Shown piece after piece: positions 1 through 12,000 of a stretch of 64,000 nucleotides of DNA; the first letter of the stretch is position 1; every line of letters begins with the position of its first letter. The notes beneath the pieces were generated by a model, which saw nothing but the letters and a program-made list of their open reading frames with translations, was not told the DNA's origin and made no database searches. A program made the translations under genes and the position numbers. This DNA comes from an uncultured virus (IMG/VR IMGVR_UViG_3300032225_002203). Taxonomy: Duplodnaviria > Heunggongvirae > Uroviricota > Caudoviricetes. The DNA lies in the IMG/VR virus record IMGVR_UViG_3300032225_002203; one strand, written 5' to 3'.

Positions 1-674
1 GAGTTAGAATTAATTCTAAATCCAGATGATGTTATATTAGATATACTCCAATTTCTTACTACTGAACTATTTACTAAAACTGTATAATTATCAATAAATG
101 AACCTATAAATGGAACATCGTAGTATAATGGAACACCTGTCATTAATAATGATGAAAATGTACCGGTCTGATACATTAAAGTGTCTGCTGTAAAAATTGG
201 AGATGTACCTGAGGTTCCTGAACTACCACTTGATCCAGATGAGCCACTTGATCCAGATGTACCACTTGATCCAGATGTACCACTTGATCCAGATGTACCA
301 CTTGATCCAGATGAACCATAAAAAGTACCATCAACACCTGAAGTACCGGCAGATCCTGAGGTACCGGAAGAAGCTACACTATCAATATAATTCTTAATTT
401 GAATGTCAATAAGTGTAGGCGTTTTAGTTAAAAGTGTATCAATTTGTGATTGAAATAAACTTAAAGCGACTTTAGCTTCATTTTGAGATGAAAAAGAAAT
501 CGATATTGTTTTACCACTTTTGAAGTTTACCTCTACAATATTATTAGAAACTCTTGTAGTTCCTATAGAAAATGGATTTATTGTGTAGACAACAATACCT
601 TTATTATCAAATACTTGAATATTGGTATCTGATGCTGTTACTGGTCTCAAAAACGTATTATAACTAAATATCAT
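1..674 (-). CDS. Partial virion/fibre protein with collagen-like G-S-S/G-T-S repeats (runs off left edge; not in ORF track)
   Basis: ATG at 674, read by hand as MIFSYNTFLRPVTASDTNIQ...GSSGSSGTSGSSGTSGSSGTSGSSGSSGSSGSSGTSGTSP...; open to position 1. Confidence 0.8.
   Translation of the reverse strand, partial: MIFSYNTFLRPVTASDTNIQVFDNKGIVVYTINPFSIGTTRVSNNIVEVNFKSGKTISISFSSQNEAKVALSLFQSQIDTLLTKTPTLIDIQIKNYIDSVASSGTSGSAGTSGVDGTFYGSSGSSGTSGSSGTSGSSGTSGSSGSSGSSGSSGTSGTSPIFTADTLMYQTGTFSSLLMTGVPLYYDVPFIGSFIDNYTVLVNSSVVRNWSISNITSSGFRINSN
226..315. repeat. 5 tandem copies of an 18-bp unit (CCACTTGATCCAGATG plus 2 variable nt) encoding the GSSGTS repeats
   Basis: Units at 226, 244, 262, 280 and 298. 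Confidence 0.9.
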
Positions 675-691
675 CTTTTATTTTTAATTTT

Positions 692-1846
692 TTAAGCTGT
701 TATATTAAGATTTACTATTACACCATCTAAATAGTTATGTGCTATATCAGAAAAGTCAAATGATAATGAATATGTACCTGGATTCAATATATTACTTACA
801 CTACCACCAGTACCACTAATTATCAAATTAGAAGGTATAATTGACATTACACCATCTCTATTATCAGCGATATAATCCACTAATAAGTTAATTAATTGTG
901 GCTTGTCTATAACTGTACCACTAGCTGTACCTGATTGATTCAATGATATAGTTGTAGAGAATGTAAACCCATCTGATGTACTATAAGGAACACTTGATGT
1001 AAGACCATTAAATGCGATATAAGCCAATGAAGCAGAAGCACCAACATGTGAATAGAAATAAAGAACTGGGTCCAAATTATCAGAAACTGGATTAAGAGTA
1101 TCTATATCAGTACCTGGATATTGTAAAACATAATTTAGTAATGAGTGAGCTTGATAAGTATCATTATCAGTTTTGAATTGTAAGAAAATAGTACCTAAAC
1201 TTGAATCATCAATAATTAAAATTTGACCACTTCTTTCAATTGAATTAATATCACTTAATCTAATATAAATTAAAGGTCTAACTGGAGAACTCTTATCGTT
1301 TATAACAATAGATTCACCAACAACATGGCTATGGATATCTGTGTACTCAAGGTTAACAAATGAAGTACTAGATTGATTTAATGTGTCAGTAAAAATAGAA
1401 TAGGAATCATCTATAATACCAACCATAATATCTATATAAACCGGATATTTTGTACTTGGATTTGTAAGATATAATTGAGGAACTCTATTTGTTGAATTAC
1501 CGGTTAAAACCATCATATCTGCAAAAGAATTAACTCTTGTCATATCATCATAATAACTCCAGTTAATATAGTTATCAGCTTCTATAACAGATTTAGAGTT
1601 ATAGAGAGCTTTCATACAAAGAAAAGTAGCATTGTCACCCAAACCTAAAAAGTTTAATAGGTAGTTTACTTGACCTGTTTTTAAGATAATTCTACTTTTT
1701 AAAATTTGTTTATAAGGAATTCTTAAATCTGATAAGATAAGTCTTTCTCTGATACCAGAACCATCAACAGCGACAAAATCACCACCATTGGTTTTAATAA
1801 ATTGACTCTTGGTACCAAATAGGTTTGCTCCACATGTAACTGCCAT
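692..1846 (-). CDS. Probable virion structural protein (384 aa)
   Basis: S/T/N/D-rich, in a run of structural-type genes, ATATATA motif upstream. Confidence 0.55.
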   Translation of the reverse strand: MAVTCGANLFGTKSQFIKTNGGDFVAVDGSGIRERLILSDLRIPYKQILKSRIILKTGQVNYLLNFLGLGDNATFLCMKALYNSKSVIEADNYINWSYYDDMTRVNSFADMMVLTGNSTNRVPQLYLTNPSTKYPVYIDIMVGIIDDSYSIFTDTLNQSSTSFVNLEYTDIHSHVVGESIVINDKSSPVRPLIYIRLSDINSIERSGQILIIDDSSLGTIFLQFKTDNDTYQAHSLLNYVLQYPGTDIDTLNPVSDNLDPVLYFYSHVGASASLAYIAFNGLTSSVPYSTSDGFTFSTTISLNQSGTASGTVIDKPQLINLLVDYIADNRDGVMSIIPSNLIISGTGGSVSNILNPGTYSLSFDFSDIAHNYLDGVIVNLNITA

Positions 1847-1893
1847 AAGTGTATCTTTTTATTTTAACATATATATTAAAATCTAAAGACACT

Positions 1894-4623
1894 TTATTTT
1901 ATATCTTGAATATCTATTTGATATTTTTCAGAAATTGAAACATCGGAAGAATTAATTCTGGTAATTTTTACTTTTTTACCTTTATTCAAACTAAAATAAG
2001 GAGTATTTGATAATAAAGTAGAAGATGTACCATGAATATAAAGAGGTAATGAAGCAGAAGAACCATAAGCAACTAAATCTGGATTACTATCAACATTCAA
2101 ACGAATATAAGAACTTGTTATACCAACAACAGAATCTACTTTATATTGACCTGAAAAGTTAAATACTGAAGCCGTACCAACAAAGAAGTTATTTAATTTG
2201 AAAGTATCACCTGCTTTAATAGAATTATTTAATATTAAAGTATTACCAGCCAAAGGAACTTCAATTACATTACCTAGCGTATATTGAATAGTTTTAGTAA
2301 AGTCAATATCAAAATTAAAATCAGACCATAAGTAAGCGGAATTTGGTAGTGAATTTACGGTATTGTAATAAACAGGTAAATCTATATTACCAATTAAAAG
2401 AGCTTCTGTAGTCGTAGTCGTAGTCGTTGATGTAGTTGAAGGTACAGTTGTATTGATATAAATATCTAACTTTTTATTTTGAGAGGCTAATTGAGTACCA
2501 GAAATCATAATATCAACACTTTGTTTATAAGATAAGTCAGTATCTAAAACAATTGTTAGTCTATCATTATTTGGCATTGTCAAAGCAACTTGGTCATTAT
2601 TAATAACATTTAATAAAAAGTTTTTATTTTGAGGAACTGTTAAGTTCAAAGGAATCACACCACTTGTATTATACAAATCGGTTGTGTTAATATTATTAAT
2701 ACTGGTATATGATGTTTCTTTGTTATATAAAGATATAGAAACTGGAGTACCAGGATTTGTAATAACATTAATACTATCACTACTAACTAATTGATTTGTT
2801 GAATACAATCTTAAAAGATTTTCAAGATTTGATATCTTAGTATTTATAGTAGAAATATCTGTTTGTGTATAAAGTAATTGTTGTAGAGTATTTAATTGGT
2901 CCTTTAAATTACCTTGCTCAGATAAAATATTCATAAAGCTATCATTTGTAGAAGATAATCTCGACATAGCTTGATTAAACAAGTTCATACTAAATAAAGA
3001 GTTAATAGCCTCAGGGTTGTATGCTTGTTGAGGATTTTCATTTACTATGTTAAAGTTTAGATTTAAACTATAAGCATAGGAAGTACCATCTTGTTGACCA
3101 TTAGAAACCATCTTTTTATAAATCGGAAATCTAATACCAATCTCAGCATCTATTGGGTTATTATCTGGATTATCTAAGAAAGAGATACCATATAAATTTG
3201 TCTTAGTAGTAACAACACCTGTTAAATCAGTTTTTTGTACTGTATAATACCATAAAATAGCATTGTATTCAAAATCAGATGGTGGTTGATTATTTACCTC
3301 TAAAGCATTAAACTGATCAAAGTTAGTTAGTGTTTTATTATAAATATTCATTTTAACATAGTGACTTGTATTGAAATCAAGACCAACACCATCAATAGTA
3401 GAACCATTAACAACCGGATTATTAATATCACCAGAAACTCCAAAATAAGCACCACTTCTTCTTAAAGAGTCACCAGTAGCTGTTTCATATGTAAAGTCAG
3501 GAGTATCAAACTGTGCAAAATAAGAACCAGGATAATTTTGAGGAGTATTAACTAAAGGAGAAGTAAATAACTCAGCACCTAAAATCTCAGGCTGATATTG
3601 ACTTGGTAAAATTGGAAATGTTAAATTTGGTTTATAATTAACATCATAGTTAGTTCTAAATAAAATATCAGGAGTAGCACCAACGTGGTCAGGGATTTGA
3701 GCCTGAACTTCAGTATAGTTTCTATTTGCTTCTTGAACGTTAGAGATACCAGTAATTTCACCAATATACTGAACAAATCTATCATATACTAATTGAACTT
3801 GACCAGACGTTTCATATTCTGTACCTAATGTAGAATCAATATCAAATACAATTCTTTGACCTTGTGTAGCACCAGCAGGTGTAATATAAAGAACATTAGT
3901 ATTAACACCTGTATCATATTGAGAATTTAAAAGTTGAGTATTAAAACCACTGTTATTATAAATAGTTGAATTAGCAACATTAAAAATATTAACTTTATCA
4001 CCAACTCTAAAGTTAGTAGTACCATTAAATTCAATTTCTAATTTTTGATTATATCCATTTACGCCAGTTTGGTAAAATGAAATAGCATCCCAAGTAATAA
4101 CTTGTCTTTCTCTCCATAAATATTCAGGAAAATAAGCATCATCATTAATATTATTTCTTTGAAACTCTGTTAAATTACTAAAATATTCATCTTCTGGAAT
4201 AGCCGGTTCAAAATCAACAAGTTTTAATTTTTTAGCCCATTTGAAGAAAACTTTTTCACTTGGAGTCTCTAAAGCATTTGTATCGTAATAATATTTAGTA
4301 TTGTTTAATCTACTTTCTCTAATAACAACTTCTTGATTGGCTACATAGTTTCTTAATGATTCAATTATTTGTTCGTTAAACGTAGGAGGTGGTGTAGCAT
4401 TAACACTTTTTTGGAATGAATTATCAAAGTCTAATACTATTTTATTTGACATTGTACCAGCAACTAAATTTTGCTTAGGGAAATTTAATAATACAAACTT
4501 AGAGAAATACATCTTGTAGTTTGAGTTCTGGTAAGCCGCTGATATATCCTCAGCCGCACCTGGGAAAGCATAAAATGAAGTTCCGTTCGATTTTAAAAAC
4601 TTATAAAGAGGTGTAGATGCCAT
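1894..4623 (-). CDS. Large probable virion structural protein (909 aa) with central coiled coil
   Basis: N/T/S-rich; heptads in QGNLKDQLNTLQQLL...INTKISNLENLL; poly-Thr linker. Confidence 0.6.
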   Translation of the reverse strand: MASTPLYKFLKSNGTSFYAFPGAAEDISAAYQNSNYKMYFSKFVLLNFPKQNLVAGTMSNKIVLDFDNSFQKSVNATPPPTFNEQIIESLRNYVANQEVVIRESRLNNTKYYYDTNALETPSEKVFFKWAKKLKLVDFEPAIPEDEYFSNLTEFQRNNINDDAYFPEYLWRERQVITWDAISFYQTGVNGYNQKLEIEFNGTTNFRVGDKVNIFNVANSTIYNNSGFNTQLLNSQYDTGVNTNVLYITPAGATQGQRIVFDIDSTLGTEYETSGQVQLVYDRFVQYIGEITGISNVQEANRNYTEVQAQIPDHVGATPDILFRTNYDVNYKPNLTFPILPSQYQPEILGAELFTSPLVNTPQNYPGSYFAQFDTPDFTYETATGDSLRRSGAYFGVSGDINNPVVNGSTIDGVGLDFNTSHYVKMNIYNKTLTNFDQFNALEVNNQPPSDFEYNAILWYYTVQKTDLTGVVTTKTNLYGISFLDNPDNNPIDAEIGIRFPIYKKMVSNGQQDGTSYAYSLNLNFNIVNENPQQAYNPEAINSLFSMNLFNQAMSRLSSTNDSFMNILSEQGNLKDQLNTLQQLLYTQTDISTINTKISNLENLLRLYSTNQLVSSDSINVITNPGTPVSISLYNKETSYTSINNINTTDLYNTSGVIPLNLTVPQNKNFLLNVINNDQVALTMPNNDRLTIVLDTDLSYKQSVDIMISGTQLASQNKKLDIYINTTVPSTTSTTTTTTTEALLIGNIDLPVYYNTVNSLPNSAYLWSDFNFDIDFTKTIQYTLGNVIEVPLAGNTLILNNSIKAGDTFKLNNFFVGTASVFNFSGQYKVDSVVGITSSYIRLNVDSNPDLVAYGSSASLPLYIHGTSSTLLSNTPYFSLNKGKKVKITRINSSDVSISEKYQIDIQDIK

Positions 4624-4716
4624 TTAATTGTCAATTTATTTTATAATCTATATATAATTTTTCATATCTTCTGTTTCTAAAAAGGAAACATTGGATATTT
4701 AATAAATATAATAATC

Positions 4717-5160
4717 ATGATAGGTAATATATATTATTTAATCGGTATTTTAGTATTACTTTCTTTATTATCAGTTATTCTTAAATTTAAGAAAATTTAT
4801 TTAGTAAGTGAATGGAAAGAAAAATATGAAAAAATTACTGGTAAGAAGCCATTAAAAAGAGAATATAGAAATAAAAGTGAGTATTCTCTACAAGAATCGG
4901 TAGGTATACTTGGTCTTTTTGAGTTATTCTGGATGATATTTGGATTCTTCACTGGAAACTGGTATTTATTTGGTATAACATTAGCTTTATCATATTTACT
5001 TAATCTTATATTAAAACCATTCAGGTTTTCAATACTTCACAAATTAACCTCTTTTGCTTTTTTATTAGGTAGATTATGTTTATATTTGTATTTGATAGTA
5101 AATCATTTTTACTTACACCAAGACATTTATAGTATCGTTAAACATTATATCAAATGGTAG
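4717..5160 (+). CDS. Hypothetical membrane protein
   Basis: About four hydrophobic segments. Confidence 0.65.
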   Translation: MIGNIYYLIGILVLLSLLSVILKFKKIYLVSEWKEKYEKITGKKPLKREYRNKSEYSLQESVGILGLFELFWMIFGFFTGNWYLFGITLALSYLLNLILKPFRFSILHKLTSFAFLLGRLCLYLYLIVNHFYLHQDIYSIVKHYIKW

Positions 5161-5603
5161 TTATCTACGGTGAATCTAACTCAGGTAAATCAACAAAAGT
5201 AATTAAACTTTTAAATCCATCTAAAAAGTCTTTGTACTTTGCTTTAGATTTTGATAAAAATATCAAAAAATTAGAGATATCAAATAAAAATCTACAAGTA
5301 ACTGCTTATCCAAAAGGTTCATCTTTAATTGATTTAGAGTTTGAAATATTAAACCATGGAGGTCTTTATGGTAATAAACTATCTTATGTTATTATTGATC
5401 CAATAAATTTTTTAATTGATAATAAAAAGAAAGGTTTAGTTGAGTTATTAATAAATTTAATAAAACTTGAAAAAGAATATAATAAGTTTGAGTTAATTGT
5501 AGTAGTTAATACACTTCATCACTTTGAAATGAGTGAGAAAATTAAAAGATTATCAGGAATTAAGTTTGTAGAATCAAAAAAGAGAAAATTTATAACTCTT
5601 TAA
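5154..5603 (+). CDS. Small P-loop NTPase (RecA-like fold, short)
   Basis: Walker A GESNSGKS; Walker B-like YVIIDP. Confidence 0.6.
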   Translation: MVVIYGESNSGKSTKVIKLLNPSKKSLYFALDFDKNIKKLEISNKNLQVTAYPKGSSLIDLEFEILNHGGLYGNKLSYVIIDPINFLIDNKKKGLVELLINLIKLEKEYNKFELIVVVNTLHHFEMSEKIKRLSGIKFVESKKRKFITL

Positions 5604-5979
5604 CAATTTCAGAAACTGCTTTTTCAGTACCATTTATTATATAATCATATAAACCAAGAGTGTTTGACTCACTTGGAACTTGATTAAAATATTTAATATT
5701 GTTCAATAGTTCATCAATATCATTTCTAAATTTTAAATAAAACTCATAGATATCTGAGTCATTTATAAAACCCTCTATTTTAACATCTTCAGGTGATTTA
5801 ATAAACTTATCTACAAATGATTTAAACTCACCACCACTTTTCTCGATAGTTTTTTCAATCATTGATTTAACCTCATCTTTAAGCTCAGTGTATTTACCAC
5901 TATCTTGAGATTTTTCAGCAGGTTGTGCTTTTGTTGTCTCATCAGCTTCTTTTATAAATTGTAGATATTTCTTAATCAT
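5590..5979 (-). CDS. Hypothetical protein with capsid-targeting-like N-terminus (start revised to 5979)
   Basis: MIKKYLQFIKE begins 4 nt after ATATATA (5984-5990). Confidence 0.7.
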   Translation of the reverse strand: MIKKYLQFIKEADETTKAQPAEKSQDSGKYTELKDEVKSMIEKTIEKSGGEFKSFVDKFIKSPEDVKIEGFINDSDIYEFYLKFRNDIDELLNNIKYFNQVPSESNTLGLYDYIINGTEKAVSEIVKEL

Positions 5980-6008
5980 ATTGTATATATTAAAATTTAA
6001 TTTATAAA

Positions 6009-9000
6009 TTATGTCCAAATAGCATTGAACACACCATTATACCAAATACCACCTTCCCAAAGACCACTATCATAAATACCATTTGTCCAAATACCACCTT
6101 TCCAGTTTAAGTTACTAAACTTAGAAACAACTTTTAATCCGGTATCTATTGGAGAAGATACAGATGAAACTAAAGAACTTAAACTTTGATTAATATAAAC
6201 TGTGGTTCTTAAATTTGTAGTATCTTGAGAAGCATATAATACTAAGTAAGAACCCGGAGACGAATCAGAACCTAATGGTGAATAAGCATTATTATTCAAA
6301 TTGTCAATAATAAAGATATTATCACCAGCATTAAAATAGAATACACCATTTAGCGTAATAGTATTATTAACAGTGTCTATTTCAATAACTTCAATATCCT
6401 CTAATATACCACCATACCAAGTACCTGTTTTGAAGTCCATATTATAAGCAATACCACCATACCACTCACCAGAGAACCATTGTCCTGTTTTCCAGATAGA
6501 GTACTTATTAACATCAGAAGCTATTAGATGACCATTATCATCAGTATTTATATCAGAGTAGAATGATCCACTAATCCACTTACCTGCTTGCCAATTAGCA
6601 GTTCTGCTATTATAAGCTTTAGTACCGAATCTTGATAAACCTTTTCTTTGCTCCCAGGTGCCATTATACCACATACCATTCTCAAAATCACCACCATACC
6701 ACTTACCATCTAACCAATAAGCTGGCTCATTAGTACAACTAAACACTCCACCATTCCAAGTTCCAAGAATCCATATACCACCCTCAAAATGACCATTATT
6801 CCAAATACCGTCATTCCAAATACCTTTATGCCACATACCGGAATTCCAAGTACCTGCGTACCATCTACCGTTATTCCAAATACCAGCATTCCAGGTACCA
6901 TCAAACCATCTACCATCATACCAGAAAGATTGTTCAAGGTCAACAGTTTTAGTATCAACATCAACTGTTAAAATCTTATCATTAATTGTATTAGCATTCC
7001 AAGTACCACCATACCAATCACCTGCCATCCAAACACCAGATTGCCAAGTACCACCAAACCATCTACCATATAACCAAGTACCTTTATACCAAACTAAACC
7101 ACCCTTGTTATCTAAACCAATAACAGCACCTGATAACTCAGCTTCAAGTAACCAAGAATATAATAAGTTAACAGTATCTATATTCAAGCCATCTAACAAT
7201 CTAAATCTATATTTCTCAAAGTCAACGTTAATTAAACTATAAATACTATTTGATAATTTTAGATTCTCAATAGATAATTCTAAAGACATTTTACCTTTAC
7301 CATCAACTCCTAATTCAATTAAATCAACCGGTTGATAGTTTAAGAATGGATCTTGCTTAGTATATTTAACATATCCTATATCAGAGCCAGCTGTAGGCAC
7401 ATTAGCATAATCAATATCAGTTAAAAATTCATATTCATTTATTTTTATAACGACATGGTATCCCGCATATTGAGGATTTAAATCTTGTGAAGAACCCGCA
7501 CCGCCTGTAAATTCTAAAACAACACCTTCACCATCTACTAAATCATGTCTTTCTGAACAAGAAATATAAAGTTTATCTGTATAATAAACTGATGAAAATG
7601 TACCTGATAACATTGAAGTATTTAAAATTGGCACATTATACTCTTTAGCCAATTTTGTTATATTCATAGCCAATTCATTTTTATAATCAATATAAATAAT
7701 AGCTGATAATTGTTGAATTGTATCAGAGTCAGATAATAAAACTTTAGCATAAGAGTCAGTAGGAATCTTAAAGTTTAATTCATTTTGATAATTATCATAC
7801 TTAAACAAATCTTGGTCTTTCCAAGAATTTGATCTCATTTTCGATCTTTGAATATTATTTAATTCTTGTAAATCATCACTAATTTGAGACAAAGTTCTTC
7901 TTGAGATAATATCTAAAGTACCACCATTTGATATAGTTGTATCACCTAAAGCAAAGTTTAATCTTTTATGAAATTCAATAACATAAGCATTTTGCAAAGA
8001 ATCATAATATTTATTCATCACAAGTAGCTTTTCAGTTGTATAGATAGCAGAGCCGTGAATAACGACATCAACAAAAGTATTAATAAGTATAGTATCATAT
8101 TCAAATTTTAGTCCAGCACCAAATAATATTCTATTTCCTTGTGAATTTAAGTCATAAGAGGCTGTCATACCATTATAATCTATATAAGCGGTAGAATATG
8201 TCAAACTATCTAAAGGTATTCCTTTATAAACAGGCATTGATAAATATTCTTTAGTTGCATAAAACTTAGGACTAACATCATTTGGATTATTTAATCCAGT
8301 TAGATAATCCATTAAATTATATGTAGGTGAATATCCAAATTTTAAAAATCCTGATGTATAAATCATATCATAGTTGGTTGTAACATAAGAACTTGTTGTT
8401 GTTAAATTATATGTTACTTGCCAGTTAGAATTAGCATTTGGAATTGAACCATATCCAGACTTAACTCTAAGATTAATTGTATCACCACCTGTAATAGAAG
8501 AAGTTGAAGATATATAAGCCACATATGATGTAGTAATACCTTTTAATAAGTTTGTCAAAGTACTTGTAACCGAAGGGCCTATCTGGACTTCTGTAGGATT
8601 AGAAAAAGACGCTGAATTCTTAAACGTATATGTTGTTGTGATCGAATTAATAGTAACAACAGCTGTGTTATTATCAACTGGAATTACACTCATAGAGCCT
8701 GATAATATAGAGCTAACCTCATTTGTAGTTATAGTTTTAAAGAAAATTAAACTCCAATTTGAATTATTATTAGGTATATCACCATAACCATTAGTTACTG
8801 TTAAAATTAATGTATTACCTGAAACAATCTCAGCATATATAAGATATGTTGAATATGCAGTAGATGCCTCTATTTTAGTTTTAAGATTATTTAAACATCC
8901 AAGAATAGTACTATCAATTAAAACATCATTTGACAATGTAGGACTTGTTTTGAATGTGAATGTTGTAGAAGTGCCATTTAATTTAAGTAAAACCGTGTCA

Positions 9001-12000
9001 CCATTATTTGGTAAAAAAGTTAAAATACCAGAAACAGTAGCAGAAGTTTCAACAAAGTCATGACTTTCAACAATATCACCATTTTTAACAGAAAAAGAAA
9101 TATAAGGAATAGACATAAAACTTGCTAATTTAAAAGCATGAGCCGGCAAAATAGTAAGTGTTGATATTCTACCTGTAAGGTTATTAACTACTCTAATAGT
9201 TTTATTAACACCATCATTAGATGAGATATAAAGATTATTAACCACATCAAAAGTAATACCATTAGTAGTGCCTAATGAAGCAGAAGTTGCTAAACCACCA
9301 TCACCTGTATAACCATTAGTACCATTACCAGCAACTGTATCTATATTACCAGTTATTACATCAACTTTTCTAATCACATAATTACCAGAGTCAGCTATAT
9401 AAAGATTACCAAAATTATCAGTTGTAACCGAATAAGGATATCTTAATTTAGCTGCAGTAGCATTACCACCATCACCTGTATAACCAGGAGCTAAAGTCAT
9501 GTCACCAGCAACTGTTCTTATTAAACCAGTAGTAATATCAATTTGTCTAACAAGGTGATTATTATAATCAGCAATATATAAACAAGCGCCGCCAAAAGGA
9601 CCACCACCAAGACCAATAATACTATAACATATACCAGTAATTCCATTAAATTGAACTGATGGATCAAATATTGGAGCATTTTCACTAGCTGAATTATAAC
9701 CTGGAGAACCTGGAGCAGAACCAGCATATACATCTATCTTACCAGTAGTAGAATTTATTTTACGAATAACATGATTAGTTGAACCAGTAGCACCAACTAT
9801 ATAAATATCACCGTTCATATCAACAGCAACATCAATAGGATTTTCTAAACCAGCAGTTAAGGCAGCAGTACCATCACCACTATAAACACCTGGTGTTAAT
9901 GAACTACCAGCAATTGTGCTTATAATACCAGTATTACCATCTACTTTTCTAATTCTACTATTCGCATTATCAACAATATAAAGGTTTTTTAACATGTCAT
10001 AACTTATACCAATCGGATCATTTATTTTAGCTAATATAGCAGGACCACCATCGCCAGTAAATCCACCTAATCCATTACCCGCAACAGGGCTAATAGTATT
10101 ACTAGCTGAAACACCACCAATAAAACTATAGGTTGTTCCATTAGTTAAAACTGAATATGAGACACCTCCAGAAAATTGATAAGTTACTGTATAAGGTAAC
10201 ACCTGGGTATTAGCACCAACATTTACAGAGGTCTGTAAATTATAGTAAGATGTTAAATTATTAAATCTAGCACTTATTTGAAATACAGTTGATGTACCAC
10301 TTGTAACATTACCATATGAATCAATATAATCTAATCTATAAGCATTTGAAATAGGATGATTATTAAATCTATTTTTTAAATCATCAACACTTGTGTATCT
10401 ATTTAAGTTGGTAATTGTGACATAATCAGATATTGATTGAATATTGTTAATAATATTTTGATTAAAATCTGTTTCCATATAAAGATACTTATAAGAACCA
10501 AATGTTACTATTTTATTAACTAAAAGGTCAGTATCAACTACACTACTTTCAAATTTTAAAATATCACCAATATTTACTGGATAAGAAGTTAAAACTCTAT
10601 AAACCATTAAATAATCATATAAATAAATATCAAAAGCAACACTTGGTGAGGCTATAGTAGTTCCTTGATTAAAATATCTACTATGAGTAGCATATAAAAT
10701 AGAAGGTGATAAATAAGCCATCTGTGATGCAGAACCAGTTATCTGTTGACTTGAATGTGTGAATGACGAAGGGTTAACATAATACGAAAAAGTAGTAGAA
10801 ATTAAAACAGTCTTAGTTTCATCTAAAGGAGTATTGGTATAATATTCAAATGTCTTTTGAGTATCTTTCCAATATGTAAGCCAGTTTGTTTCTGAGTAAG
10901 TACCACTATTTGTTGAAGTTTGATTATGTTGAATTGGTTTAAATCCAATTTTAGCATTTGTACTACTTAAAGTAAAATTACTAAATGTAATTGAATTAGG
11001 CAATCTATAATCACCAGCATCTGTAAAGAAGTTTAACTTAGAAGCGATATCATAGTCAACAACCAACATTTTAGACTTTAACTTCTCTTCAAATGTAGAA
11101 TCTAAAGAACTAAAACTTAAAGTTGAATAAGTAGAAGAGCCCAATAAAGAGGTATTACCACAAATTAACATTTCAGTTCCATTATAATCATATAATTGAT
11201 TTGGATAACCTATATATTCAAGTGTAGCACTTGTACCTGCGGCTGTATTTGAGTAGGAACTACCTGTACCTAATGTACTAAAACTACTTATATTAAATGA
11301 AAATATACCATCGTGTCCACTAATTGGATCAGTTCCGGTAAAGTAAAAAATGTTTGTACCTTGTTTTCTTTTAATGTTTCTAATATCTTTATAATCTTGA
11401 CCAAAATCAAAATAAATAAAATCTGATCCTACTTGAGAAAAAGAATTATTAATATCATAAGCAACTAATTTATTATTGTTAGTAACTAAAAAAAGTAATT
11501 CTTTATTAGTAGGTATTGATTGAGTATAATAACTATAACTAACTCCCCAAGTTGAGATATTAGTCTTGTACATATCATTAATATTTTCAACTAATAAATA
11601 TTCATCAACACTATCTTCAATTTGAGAAACTCTTCTTTTATAAGCAGTCCAACCAGAAATACTATTAACAAATTCAATTAAAACACCAACATTACCAGCC
11701 ACATAAAAGCTTGAATTTGTTGAATATATAACTTTATTATAGTTATATTCACTAAATCCATCAACTTCTATTCTTTCCCAAGTCGATCCAGCATTTTTTG
11801 TATAAAGGATTGTATTTAATTCACCAACAACAACACCAACTAAATCGTTATAAAAAGAAACAGATGTTAAGTTACTTTTTATCAACTTTGGTAAGTTAGT
11901 AGGCACTTCTTCAAGTAAAATTCTATCAATATTAAAGTCATGTTTTCTAACTCTTAAAAGTGTATTTTCATCACCACAAATCCAATAGTATTGTGAGGTT

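Noticed and set aside
226..315. Possible CRISPR array
   Set aside because: 18-bp units are directly adjacent with no spacers and are in-frame coding repeats
197..397. 66-aa plus-strand ORF with YHLIQM repeats
   Set aside because: Antisense shadow of the GSS/GTS repeat in the real minus-strand gene 1-674
6710..9733. ORFs 6710-6964, 6789-6971 and 9521-9733
   Set aside because: Alternate-frame or antisense shadows inside the 2340-aa gene
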